64,000 bases of DNA from an uncultured virus (IMG/VR IMGVR_UViG_3300025084_000015) (taxonomy: Duplodnaviria; Heunggongvirae; Uroviricota; Caudoviricetes). Shown here piece by piece: positions 7,728 through 16,691 of this stretch (position 1 is its first letter; the number at the start of each line of letters is the position of its first letter). A program made the position numbers and the translations under genes. The notes below the pieces were generated by a model. It was given only the letters and a program-made list of their open reading frames with translations. It ran no database searches and was not told the DNA's origin. The stretch lies in the IMG/VR virus record IMGVR_UViG_3300025084_000015, one strand, 5' to 3'.

Positions 7728-8450
7728 TTAGAATGTGTATTTAACACCAGCTTGAACAACAGCATCAAAGCCGTCAGTTTGCAGTTGGTTATCTACATAA
7801 GCTACTTCTCCGAACACCTGTCCTCCGCCTGGAAGACCGTATACTGCGGAAATAGCACCTTGCACCCATTCGTAATCTTCAGCGTATTGCCAAGTTTTAC
7901 CAACTTCGACTGATCCGTTAACAAAGACTCCAAATGCTGAAAAAAGTTCGCGGGATGCGCTCAATGATAAATCAAATGCTCCTCCGGAAATATAGTTCAC
8001 TTCAGTTGATACGATAACATCAAAGAATTTTGGATCATACGCATATCCAACGTTTAAGTTGAAATCGGTATCTCCTGCGATATCACCGTCAGCTGCATTA
8101 GTTCCAAGATTCAATCCAACATAAAGATTGTCTCCTGCGATTCCAACATATCCTGTAAATAGATCATCATTTTCACCTTTAATAAATTCAACGCCTCCAA
8201 CGATTGGGGTGTCATAAGCTGAACCAATAACTCCACTTCCTCCAGCGCTAAAAGCGTCAGTGTGTGTGAACAATCCTCGATCAATTCTCTTTTCTTTAAA
8301 ACTCGCTTCTCCTGCGATATCAACAGGTTGCAATGGATGAAGATCCCAACCAAGAACAGGAACTTTATAGCTAGCGTTTGCTAATCCACAAAGACTAATA
8401 ATAGTTCCTGTAATAAGGGCGATGACACTTAGTGTTTTTTTGTTTTTCAT
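7728..8450 (-). CDS. Outer-membrane beta-barrel (porin-like) protein
   Basis: Signal peptide (MKNKK-hydrophobic-ANA), alternating amphipathic strands, C-terminal BamA signal GVKYTF. Confidence 0.75.
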   Translation of the reverse strand: MKNKKTLSVIALITGTIISLCGLANASYKVPVLGWDLHPLQPVDIAGEASFKEKRIDRGLFTHTDAFSAGGSGVIGSAYDTPIVGGVEFIKGENDDLFTGYVGIAGDNLYVGLNLGTNAADGDIAGDTDFNLNVGYAYDPKFFDVIVSTEVNYISGGAFDLSLSASRELFSAFGVFVNGSVEVGKTWQYAEDYEWVQGAISAVYGLPGGGQVFGEVAYVDNQLQTDGFDAVVQAGVKYTF

Positions 8451-8483
8451 ATAATATATTTTATTTTTTTTTTCTTCAATGCT

Positions 8484-8744
8484 TTATGACTTATAAATGT
8501 CATAAAGAAATTTTTCAAATTCTTCTACTTTTTCTAGGCGATTAGGCCATAGAATGTATTCTTTTTCAGGGTTAGATTTTAAATTATTCAGCAAAGGTTG
8601 AATAGCGTTATAAAGGTTGTCAATTTTTTCTGATACCGCAAGGGTCTCTTCTTCTGCATCCTCAAGTTTAGCTTCTGCTTGTTGATAAGATGCAAGTTCA
8701 GTTTCGTCTACTGCGGTAAATCCAAAGTCAAATAGTTCGCTCAT
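8484..8744 (-). CDS. Conserved T4-like hypothetical protein (FDFGFTAVDE...NPEKEYIxWPNR)
   Basis: Recognisable motif family of marine T4-like phages. Confidence 0.75.
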   Translation of the reverse strand: MSELFDFGFTAVDETELASYQQAEAKLEDAEEETLAVSEKIDNLYNAIQPLLNNLKSNPEKEYILWPNRLEKVEEFEKFLYDIYKS

Positions 8745-8754
8745 AATATAGTAT

Positions 8755-9198
8755 TTATCTTCCGTAATATCTTGAGTTATACGGCTTTCTCATATGTTTT
8801 TGTAAAGAAACAGCTTGTTTAATTGTAGGAATAACCGCGACATCAATGTGTGTGTAACCTAAATCCTTTGCAATTGCAAGGCGGTTAGAACCTCCCCATA
8901 CACTCCATACCATTTTTTTATGTTTACCGAGAGCATTATGCCAAAAAGGTAGTTCGTTAATTTTATTACCCCATCGATCTTTTGCTTCTTCTAATTTGTT
9001 ATAGTTACTATGAACACACATAATAGGGAAATGCATACCTTCTTTCTGAATATCTTGTTTTACGCGGCTGTAAAATTCTTGTCCATTAACCTTTTCAGCA
9101 ATAGGGACTGATTGCCAAATATCATCAACAGGGAGTTCTATAATTTCGAACCCTTTCCATTCATTTTCGTATTCGCATTTTAAAATTTTATTTTCCAT
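8755..9198 (-). CDS. ParB/Srx-like N-terminal domain protein
   Basis: DIQKEGMHFPI ... GGSNRLAIAKDLG. Confidence 0.55.
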   Translation of the reverse strand: MENKILKCEYENEWKGFEIIELPVDDIWQSVPIAEKVNGQEFYSRVKQDIQKEGMHFPIMCVHSNYNKLEEAKDRWGNKINELPFWHNALGKHKKMVWSVWGGSNRLAIAKDLGYTHIDVAVIPTIKQAVSLQKHMRKPYNSRYYGR

Positions 9199-9388
9199 AA
9201 ATTTTATCTTTAAGATGTTTTTCTATTTCGTGAGGAGCCTTTTTAAAAATATCAACTGTAATAGTAAAATACGCTAAAAACAATGAAGCTGGAATTACAG
9301 TAAAAACATATAATGCAAAATACATTTCATATTTGATTCTTTTTATTGCGGCATGCATATTTAGATAATTTCTTTTTTCTATTGACAA
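9188..9388 (-). CDS. Small membrane protein
   Basis: One hydrophobic segment; start uncertain. Confidence 0.45.
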   Translation of the reverse strand: MSIEKRNYLNMHAAIKRIKYEMYFALYVFTVIPASLFLAYFTITVDIFKKAPHEIEKHLKDKIYGK

Positions 9389-9402
9389 AGCGAATCGTAG
9401 GC

Positions 9403-9630
9403 TTAGGCATAGGATGCCTGACTAAGTTTCTCTTGTCTAGCGAGCTCATTTTCAATTCCCGTTTGGATTTCATCTATTGCCTCTCTAGTAAATGTAATAT
9501 TTTCCCCTGCTGACATTTGGTTGTAGTAATTAAAAGCAGCGTAACCACTAATAACTGATTCGGTGTTGTATTTATCTAAAATCACGAAGTTACCGTTTTT
9601 AAGTGTATCTATTACAATTCCGCTGTTCAT
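9403..9630 (-). CDS. Hypothetical protein, probably leaderless
   Basis: TTTACA(9665..9660)-17-TATAAT(9642..9637)-6nt-ATG. Confidence 0.6.
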   Translation of the reverse strand: MNSGIVIDTLKNGNFVILDKYNTESVISGYAAFNYYNQMSAGENITFTREAIDEIQTGIENELARQEKLSQASYA

Positions 9631-9667
9631 GTGTTTATTATACTGTATTTTTAGAGGTTTGTAAATA

Positions 9668-10510
9668 CTATTTTTCGTATATTTTCTTTAAATGATTCCA
9701 AGCTTCTCCAGATCTGAGTTCGTCTGGATGCCATTGCGCATAAGCAATATCGTTGCACCACTGTGTTCTATCATATTGCTTTGGGCTATTTATGTTTGTA
9801 AAATCATGATCTGAAATATTCCACACCATTGAACCTTTATCAATGGAGATAACTGGTTTTCCAGCTAATGCAGAATCAACTCCAGCATTACTATTGATAG
9901 TAACAACACATTTTGCTCCACTAATTGCAGTTTGAATAGGCAACTTGAAATCAGCGTATTTAACATCGTTTACTCCTTCTATTTTTTGTTGTGTGTTTGG
10001 TCTTGTTGGGTGATCCCTAATTAAAATCGGCAAATCTGTGTGTTTTCTAATTGACTCACATATGCTTTGATAATTGACGTCCCAATCGAGATATTTTAGA
10101 GATTGATCTCCGTTAATCTGGAGAGGAATAAGAATATAATCGCCGTCAGTGTACTCCTTTAATCTACCATCGTTAAAGTGTTTTTTCCACCTATCATCTG
10201 GAGAATTTTTGTTACAAAAATTAGCTCTGCCATTAAGGCCATTCCAACCGGCTGAAACCCATTCTTTTGCTTTTCCTTGAACATTGTTGAGATAAGAATT
10301 TTCGAATATAATAAAATTTTTAATTTTAGCATATTTTTTAACTTTTTCCATTTGCGCTACACCCCAACAAATACAAATATCGTACGATCCATTTGGCAAA
10401 GATGAAGGATTGAAATTATGAATTTCGTGTTTTTCTTTATCAAATCCAAGAAGAAAATTGCCAATAGCTTTATGCTGGTGTGACAATACTGCATTAACTA
10501 AAACTCTCAT
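9668..10510 (-). CDS. Capsule-synthesis (KpsS/KpsC-like) GT-B glycosyltransferase-like protein
   Basis: YILIPLQINGDQS, ILIRDHP, VVTINSNAGVDSALAGKPVI, AYAQW. Confidence 0.7.
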   Translation of the reverse strand: MRVLVNAVLSHQHKAIGNFLLGFDKEKHEIHNFNPSSLPNGSYDICICWGVAQMEKVKKYAKIKNFIIFENSYLNNVQGKAKEWVSAGWNGLNGRANFCNKNSPDDRWKKHFNDGRLKEYTDGDYILIPLQINGDQSLKYLDWDVNYQSICESIRKHTDLPILIRDHPTRPNTQQKIEGVNDVKYADFKLPIQTAISGAKCVVTINSNAGVDSALAGKPVISIDKGSMVWNISDHDFTNINSPKQYDRTQWCNDIAYAQWHPDELRSGEAWNHLKKIYEK

Positions 10511-11139
10511 GATCTTTTTTTATATCCTAAAAGCTCGTAATCTCTAGCATACCGCTTTTCAACAAGAGCTCTTGTTTCTTTACTTATCTCTAAATCTACA
10601 CTTTCTGTCTTATTTTTATGAAATGTCATTTTAGGGTAATTCTTCCCGCAATGGTTTTTTATCAGCAGAAGCGACTTTTCCCAATCATCATAAAATGATT
10701 CCATCCTTATAAGATAATCAATTCTTTCAACATCTAAGTCAAAATGTTGAGAGCGGATATGCTGCTCACAATCAGTGCCATCTTCGATATTTAAGATTTC
10801 TTCAACAAAATCTGAAAATGGCATTTTCCTATAAAAATTATATTCTTTGTGTCGGAATCCTGGATGAAATCTATTGAAAATTTTATCTTTCCAGCAGCTT
10901 ATTAAGCGATCTTCTGGATGTCTGCACGTGCCAAAAACTAAATAATCATCAGTGAATGTATCTTTTTTACAGTATTTGACGTAAGGTAGTAAGGCTGTTT
11001 TTGTATGTATATTTTTAATTATTCTATCTTTGCAGAAGTGTGTTTTTAATACTTCTTTAATAGAAGTGTTTCCAGCTTTACATACAAACATAAAGCCAAT
11101 TTTGTCTTCTTCTATTTTTATGATATTTGGATCAGGCAC
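10507..11139 (-). CDS. Sulfotransferase family 2 protein (copy 1)
   Basis: 5'-PSB motif KAGNTSI, 3'-PB motif RHPEDRLISCW, HIRSQ, YARDYELLGY. Confidence 0.85.
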   Translation of the reverse strand: MPDPNIIKIEEDKIGFMFVCKAGNTSIKEVLKTHFCKDRIIKNIHTKTALLPYVKYCKKDTFTDDYLVFGTCRHPEDRLISCWKDKIFNRFHPGFRHKEYNFYRKMPFSDFVEEILNIEDGTDCEQHIRSQHFDLDVERIDYLIRMESFYDDWEKSLLLIKNHCGKNYPKMTFHKNKTESVDLEISKETRALVEKRYARDYELLGYKKRS

Positions 11140-11779
11140 GGCTTTTATAGTTTAAAATTCTATAATCTTTTGCGTATATTTTTTCAATTAAAGATCTTGT
11201 TTTTTTGCTTATTTTTGGTTTAGATAAACCAGTGTTTCGATCATGAAATATCATTTCTGGATATATTTCACCGCAGTGTTTTTTTATCATTTCCCGAGCA
11301 TTTTCCCAATCGCTAATAAAATTTTCAACCCTGATTAGATAGGAAATGCGCGTTAAGTCTAAATCATGCCATTGCGGTCTAATATGTTGATCCCATATTT
11401 TAGATCTGTATTTAATCAAAGAAATTTCTTTGACAAATTCAGCAAATGGCATATCTTTGTAAAATTTCCGAGAAGATTTGTATAAACCTTCGTGTAGTTT
11501 AAATCCATTGCGAACTTTATCTTTCCAACAACTAATTAGTCTATCTTCAGGATGACGGCAGGTGCCAAAGATAAGATAGTCGGGTGGTATACTTATTCTA
11601 TTAGTAAATTCCACATCTTCATGAAAAGGTTCTGACCATGATAAAACAACGTCTTTTCCATTTCCTTTTCCTAAAAGCTTTTCTGCAATCACTCTTTTTA
11701 CAGAAGAATTGCCGGCCTTATTCACAAACATAAACGCAATTTTATGTTTTTCAATTTTTAATATGTTTGGGTCAGGCAC
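11132..11779 (-). CDS. Sulfotransferase family 2 protein (copy 2, tandem paralog)
   Basis: KAGNSSV, RHPEDRLISCWKDK, HIRPQ, YAKDYRILNY. Confidence 0.85.
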   Translation of the reverse strand: MPDPNILKIEKHKIAFMFVNKAGNSSVKRVIAEKLLGKGNGKDVVLSWSEPFHEDVEFTNRISIPPDYLIFGTCRHPEDRLISCWKDKVRNGFKLHEGLYKSSRKFYKDMPFAEFVKEISLIKYRSKIWDQHIRPQWHDLDLTRISYLIRVENFISDWENAREMIKKHCGEIYPEMIFHDRNTGLSKPKISKKTRSLIEKIYAKDYRILNYKSRA

Positions 11780-11782
11780 AAA

Positions 11783-12025
11783 TTATCCTTTCGAAAAGTT
11801 TTTAACTGAACTCCGAGGACCATTAGGAATAAAATATTTTTTATTTTCGTCCCATGATTCATTCGACATAATTTCGATTTCTCCGCCAGTTTTATGGCTA
11901 TAAACCATACGCCCTTTTATCTTCGGCTGATCATGATCAGGAAGAGAAAAGGCGCAGGACTTACACAGCTTTAAATTGAGCTCACGCCTGGCCTTTTCAA
12001 TAGGACTACCACATCCACAAATCAT
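11783..12025 (-). CDS. DksA/TraR-like C4 zinc-finger protein
   Basis: CGCGSPIEKARRELNLKLCKSCA. Confidence 0.55.
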   Translation of the reverse strand: MICGCGSPIEKARRELNLKLCKSCAFSLPDHDQPKIKGRMVYSHKTGGEIEIMSNESWDENKKYFIPNGPRSSVKNFSKG

Positions 12026-12166
12026 TTATTTTCCTCTACTTCTTTGATTACACCACCAATTCGCTTTGCGCAAAATTTTGCATCTTCTTTATAGAGATAC
12101 GATTGGTGATATCTACCGTCTTTATCGAAAACACGATAACGCACTAATTCTGTTTTTTTCATAATT

Positions 12167-12364
12167 TTAAAAATTAAATTTGTCTTGGTTTTTTTCGTTT
12201 TCTTCAGCAAAAATATTAGCTCTCAGGTGCACTAAATCATTAATAAGATTATCAAGATTGTTGACTGATCCTGAATCGTCTTTGCCTGGAGGAATATGGT
12301 TATGCACCAATTCCAAAATTTCAGCAGTAATTTGTAGTGATTTTTTATATTCCTCAACTGTCAT
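12167..12364 (-). CDS. Hypothetical protein, paralog of 1605..1817; probably leaderless
   Basis: Sequence similarity to 1605..1817; TAGAAT(12376..12371)-6nt-ATG. Confidence 0.6.
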   Translation of the reverse strand: MTVEEYKKSLQITAEILELVHNHIPPGKDDSGSVNNLDNLINDLVHLRANIFAEENEKNQDKFNF

Positions 12365-12406
12365 GCTATTATTCTAACCTATTTTCTGTGAATTGTAAAT
12401 ACTTTT

Positions 12407-13171
12407 TTAATTAAAAATGTCTGCAGATATTTTAGTAGTTGGCATAACTTTCCGTGTAAATACAAACCCCTGCTTTCTAAGTACTTTCAGCACTAAAGAA
12501 TTTAGACTAAATTCTTCGCGAGGTTGTCTTTGAATTCTATTTGTCCCCTCAATTGGATATTCACACCAGTCAGAGTATGTTGATGCTTGACCAATATCAA
12601 AATCCATCTTTAGCTCTCTTGCAACTGCCCAAAAATAAAATTCATCGGCGAAAATAACTTTGTTCTTAACAAAGAACTTTGAATAGTGCTCAAAGGTTTC
12701 AATAAAACGAATCGCATCCTTTCTTCTACAAACAAAGAATTGACACACTGCGTTATACAAGTTAAAATTATGATTTCCTTGAACTCCGTGTTTTAAAACT
12801 CTTTGGCTCTTCTCTTTTGTTGATATCGCTCCATGAGTGCTAAACGTCATCTTGTTATAATTTTCTTTGATTAACTTTGTTGCTTTCTCTAGAGAATATA
12901 AAGGAAGGTGAGAATCACTAATAAGTGTAAAGTATTCATTGTCTTTGTCCTCAAGCGCTGCTTTCATTAATTCAATAGTAGCTTCAACTAAAGAGAAATG
13001 ACCCCATCCGGTTTCTACGCGATTATCAATAAAGTAATTAGAGAACACACACTCAGAGTCATCTTTAGGATGTATATACAAGTTGTGATTACCCTGGTCA
13101 AAGAAAGATTTCCAGATGTCGTTCCTGTTAAACGCGTTGTATGATAGGTTTAAAAATGCTACCTTTTTCAT
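12407..13171 (-). CDS. Core-2/I-branching (GT14-like) glycosyltransferase
   Basis: KVAFL, TGWGHFSLVEATIELMKAAL, FTLISDSHLPLY, ADEFYF, FTRK; start set at MKKVAF. Confidence 0.8.
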   Translation of the reverse strand: MKKVAFLNLSYNAFNRNDIWKSFFDQGNHNLYIHPKDDSECVFSNYFIDNRVETGWGHFSLVEATIELMKAALEDKDNEYFTLISDSHLPLYSLEKATKLIKENYNKMTFSTHGAISTKEKSQRVLKHGVQGNHNFNLYNAVCQFFVCRRKDAIRFIETFEHYSKFFVKNKVIFADEFYFWAVARELKMDFDIGQASTYSDWCEYPIEGTNRIQRQPREEFSLNSLVLKVLRKQGFVFTRKVMPTTKISADIFN

Positions 13172-13737
13172 TGCGCGATATGCTCGTATATTTCTTTCCA
13201 ATTATTAACTCTAGTAACATCCTCATGCACAACGCCCATTTGATTATATGGATGGTTTATTAAAAACGACCTTAAACCCATGTCAGCTCCTAGGTTTGCG
13301 TTTTCCAATTTATCTTCAACCCATACAAAATCAGATCCTTTATACCTTTTAAGCGCTTCAGTTTTGTCTGCACCACAAGGTAGGCAATGGATTCTTTCAA
13401 AAACAGTTTCTCCAAACACTCTATTAAGATTTTGTTCACGGAGTTTTACTGCATAAGGGTCAACACCAATCGAAGTAATACAGTGGAAAACTGCACCTTG
13501 CTCCTCATGAAGCTTTCGCACATATTTAATCGCATCTTTTAGAGGAGGCAAGTATCCAATTGCAGCAGATTCGCAAAACACTTCTACAAGATCTGCAGCG
13601 TGTTTTTTGCTAATACCATACTGTTCTGATACATCGTATGAAACAGCACAAGGCTTATAACCTTTCCGCTTCATCCACCATTCAAACGAGTGCACCCATG
13701 AAAGAAGGACACCATCGCAATCCGTCAAAATAATCAT
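13168..13737 (-). CDS. HAD-family phosphatase, T4 gp30.2-like
   Basis: ILTDCDGVLL, WVEDKLENA, HPYN. Confidence 0.8.
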   Translation of the reverse strand: MIILTDCDGVLLSWVHSFEWWMKRKGYKPCAVSYDVSEQYGISKKHAADLVEVFCESAAIGYLPPLKDAIKYVRKLHEEQGAVFHCITSIGVDPYAVKLREQNLNRVFGETVFERIHCLPCGADKTEALKRYKGSDFVWVEDKLENANLGADMGLRSFLINHPYNQMGVVHEDVTRVNNWKEIYEHIAQ

Positions 13738-13743
13738 AGCAAT

Positions 13744-14424
13744 TTACCAGCTGTAATAATAGTCAATTTCTTTTCTCAACTTATCTTCCCAATCGCCAAC
13801 AGCTTGTTCAAAAACAATTGGCTTAGGATCACCGTCTACTACCATAATAGTAATTAGTTTTTTAATGTCGATACCAGTGTGTTCTTTGAACATAATTGCA
13901 TAAGCACACTCTTGCATAAAATACGTACCAATTTCCTTTTCTGCTTTTACTCTACCAGAAGTTTTAAAATCAATAATAGCTGGTTCACCATCAAATTCGG
14001 CGATACAATCAACACGTCCAGCAATCTTTAAATCGTCAGAGTAAAGCGTGCATTCCTGCATATACACTTTACCAATTCGGTCGTCAATAACATTTTTAAG
14101 GGTTTTCCATCCAAACTGGATATGAGGCATTTTGTCGTTATCAGTTCGAATAAAATCTTCTTCGTTATTAATGTAGCGTTCAGCAATATTGTGAACAGCA
14201 GTTCCTCGTGTTGTAGCATGGCGCGTAATACGATTCGCTTCTTTTTCACCAATTGACTTTCGCCATTTAGCCCATTTCCACCGGTCACGATATCCTAATA
14301 CAGTAGTCACTGAGGGATATTTGTTGCCTCCTGGTGTAGTATATACACGACCGCTCTTTTCAGTTTTAGCCGAGAGCTCTTCGTATTTAAGCTGAATATC
14401 AGCATGTTCAAATGTCTTGTTCAT
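13744..14424 (-). CDS. PD-(D/E)XK exonuclease (conserved phoH neighbour in T4-like phages)
   Basis: YPSVTTVL, RGTAVH, AGRVDCIAE, IIDFKTS, YFMQECAYA. Confidence 0.85.
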   Translation of the reverse strand: MNKTFEHADIQLKYEELSAKTEKSGRVYTTPGGNKYPSVTTVLGYRDRWKWAKWRKSIGEKEANRITRHATTRGTAVHNIAERYINNEEDFIRTDNDKMPHIQFGWKTLKNVIDDRIGKVYMQECTLYSDDLKIAGRVDCIAEFDGEPAIIDFKTSGRVKAEKEIGTYFMQECAYAIMFKEHTGIDIKKLITIMVVDGDPKPIVFEQAVGDWEDKLRKEIDYYYSW

Positions 14425-15167
14425 TATTTAGGGATGTTGATTGCGTTGTCTTCAATCATTTTTTCTTTTGTCATAAGATAGTCGCGGACCATTCCTGACC
14501 TCACACAATCTTTCCAAGTAAATTCAATCTTTTTAAAGTGTTTTAGCGATTCAATAATTTTTAAAAACTCACCAATGCCTTCTTTTTCTTTTCTATTTGT
14601 AAAATCCGATTGGTAATAATCACCAGAGAAAATCACACGTGATCCTTTACCAATCCTTGTGATTATAGAATCTAATTCGTGAAAGTTACAATTCTGAAAT
14701 TCGTCAACTACTACAATTGCGTCCTTTAAAGTTATTCCTCGAATGTAAGATGTTGTGAGAAATTCAATTGTTCCATTTTTAAGAAACGATGTAAAAAGTG
14801 TAGGATTGTTTTTAAAGATCTCACTAATAACACCAATATAAGGTGTCAAATATGCTGCTTCTTTTTCTTCCTGTGTTCCTGGCAAAAATCCAATATCACG
14901 CGTTGGTACAACAGATCTTAATATGACCAATCGTTTTTTACGATTTTTAATAAGCTCTTGAAGAGCTAGGTATAATGCTATAAACGTTTTACCAGATCCA
15001 GCAGCTCCTGACAAAATCAGGTTTCTGCCTCTGTCCCATTGTTCATAAGCTTCGATTTGAGAATCAGTGATAGGTTTAATATCACGCATATTATTTGAAT
15101 ACTCAGATAGCATGTCTACCTGAGGAACAATAACATTATCGTTCTTTTTAGTACTTTTTCTAGGCAC
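14424..15167 (-). CDS. phoH: PhoH-family ATPase
   Basis: GAAGSGKT, IGFLPGT, IRGITL, VDEFQN, TRIG, GDYYQSD, VRSG. Confidence 0.95.
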   Translation of the reverse strand: MPRKSTKKNDNVIVPQVDMLSEYSNNMRDIKPITDSQIEAYEQWDRGRNLILSGAAGSGKTFIALYLALQELIKNRKKRLVILRSVVPTRDIGFLPGTQEEKEAAYLTPYIGVISEIFKNNPTLFTSFLKNGTIEFLTTSYIRGITLKDAIVVVDEFQNCNFHELDSIITRIGKGSRVIFSGDYYQSDFTNRKEKEGIGEFLKIIESLKHFKKIEFTWKDCVRSGMVRDYLMTKEKMIEDNAINIPK

Positions 15168-15170
15168 GGA

Positions 15171-15422
15171 TTATCTATTGTAGATTTGTTGGAAAACATC
15201 AAACGCGAATTTATCTTCAGTTGTGGCCTTTCTTACAGTTTCCACTTTTTTCCACGAATGGCTTGTGTAATAAGTTTTAGTGTTTTTTACTAGCTTATCT
15301 TCAATAAAGTAATCACGATTCCAGTTAAGTACCTTTTCTAAAAAGGTAGCTGTGACGTTTCTTTGTTGATCGTCGTTAAGTGTGACTTCGACTGGCAATG
15401 TTTGTTGTGTTGTAATTTTCAT
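15171..15422 (-). CDS. Hypothetical protein
   Basis: 83-aa ORF in operon. Confidence 0.55.
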   Translation of the reverse strand: MKITTQQTLPVEVTLNDDQQRNVTATFLEKVLNWNRDYFIEDKLVKNTKTYYTSHSWKKVETVRKATTEDKFAFDVFQQIYNR

Positions 15423-15423
15423 T

Positions 15424-15678
15424 CTAGTAGTGATCGATTGTATTGTCTTTTCCTGATGCTTTTTTAATTCCTTTTAGGACGTCATTCCATCCAGTTCCTG
15501 CTCTTCGGATTGGTGAAATGGCTCCATCAAAGTTTAGACCTGGAGCGGTGATAGCCATTTTAACAATTCCATCTTCGCAACACGGAGATTTTTTTCCTAC
15601 AGGGAGATCGCGATCTTTCATAGGATGAGACTCGTCCCATCGGTTTTTGCATTTATCGCAAATATATTCGTATGTCAT
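15424..15678 (-). CDS. FmdB-like zinc-ribbon protein
   Basis: YEYICDKC...PCC...GWNDVLKGIK. Confidence 0.75.
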   Translation of the reverse strand: MTYEYICDKCKNRWDESHPMKDRDLPVGKKSPCCEDGIVKMAITAPGLNFDGAISPIRRAGTGWNDVLKGIKKASGKDNTIDHY

Positions 15679-15680
15679 AA

Positions 15681-16226
15681 TTATTTAAACCAGTTTGGTG
15701 TTTCGCGGTTTGTCCACACCATTTTGAATCTGTCTTGTTTTGTTTTGTAAAATTCTCGATATGATTTGACAGGATCATCGAACATGCATTCGGGGTTTGA
15801 TTTCATAGCTAATGGAAATTTTGTTTTTTTAGAATCAGCAATGTTTGCCGGACCCCAGTAAAGTTCATCGCGGAGTACTTCATCGGTCTTATGAACTCTG
15901 CCATATCTATACTTATACTCGTCGCAAAGAGCGTTGAATAACTGCCAATGCCACCGATAGTTTTGAATGGTTTCCATTGTCCATACTGTACATGGGTGAT
16001 ATTTGTGAACTGCTTTGTAAAGAATATTTTCGCGTTCGTCAGGTAAAACATAATACTGTTGCATCGTTTTACCTGAACTTGATGGTCTACGTTCTGGTTT
16101 TCCATCACACATGCGATGAGCAGTTGATAGCATTTGAGCAGACTCAATAATCATTTTTACGACATGCTTGTCGCAGTGCTGTTGAGCTGCGGTGGTAGGG
16201 TCATTATCTAAAACAAATACATTCAT
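15681..16226 (-). CDS. Pyrimidine-dimer DNA glycosylase / endonuclease V-like protein
   Basis: MNVFVLD...HCDKHVVKMIIESAQMLSTAH, HPCTVW, EYKYRYGRVH. Confidence 0.75.
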   Translation of the reverse strand: MNVFVLDNDPTTAAQQHCDKHVVKMIIESAQMLSTAHRMCDGKPERRPSSSGKTMQQYYVLPDERENILYKAVHKYHPCTVWTMETIQNYRWHWQLFNALCDEYKYRYGRVHKTDEVLRDELYWGPANIADSKKTKFPLAMKSNPECMFDDPVKSYREFYKTKQDRFKMVWTNRETPNWFK

Positions 16227-16264
16227 TACAGAAGTATTCTATCACAATGTGAGCATATTGTACA

Positions 16265-16687
16265 CTATAAAATATTAGGAAATGCAGCTTGTACTAAGCT
16301 TTTTGTGATTTTCGAATATTTTTTGTTTTCAAGTGTCGTGATTGTACCATCTTTAGCTGCGCAAAGAATATGTGCATCATTTTTACACAATTGTTCTAAA
16401 ATGCCAATAAAGATTTTTTCCTTTTTTATTCTTAAAACATTATTTTTAACAACACACATGTGTATTGAACTAAATGCGCTGTTAAAAGAAGATGGTTCCT
16501 TACCTTCAGGACATTCTTCAAAAGGTGGTCTACCTTTAGGTAAGTCTAATTCAATATTGTCGTTATAACAAAGTTGAAGAACAGTTTTTAATTGTTTGAA
16601 TTCGTTTTTCTTTAAGCATGCTATTCTATCATCTCGATTTTCTAGTTTGCATACTTCTTCAAACACCTCATAAATATATTTTTGCAT
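16265..16687 (-). CDS. Conserved T4-like hypothetical protein
   Basis: LPKGRPPF, KEKIFIGILE, usual neighbour of rnh. Confidence 0.65.
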   Translation of the reverse strand: MQKYIYEVFEEVCKLENRDDRIACLKKNEFKQLKTVLQLCYNDNIELDLPKGRPPFEECPEGKEPSSFNSAFSSIHMCVVKNNVLRIKKEKIFIGILEQLCKNDAHILCAAKDGTITTLENKKYSKITKSLVQAAFPNIL

Positions 16688-16691
16688 AATT

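Noticed and set aside
13744..14424. Cas4/CRISPR system
   Set aside because: PD-(D/E)XK exonuclease is a standard phoH neighbour, lacks the four Fe-S cysteines; no regularly spaced repeat-spacer array seen (the repeats found are promoter cassettes separated by genes)
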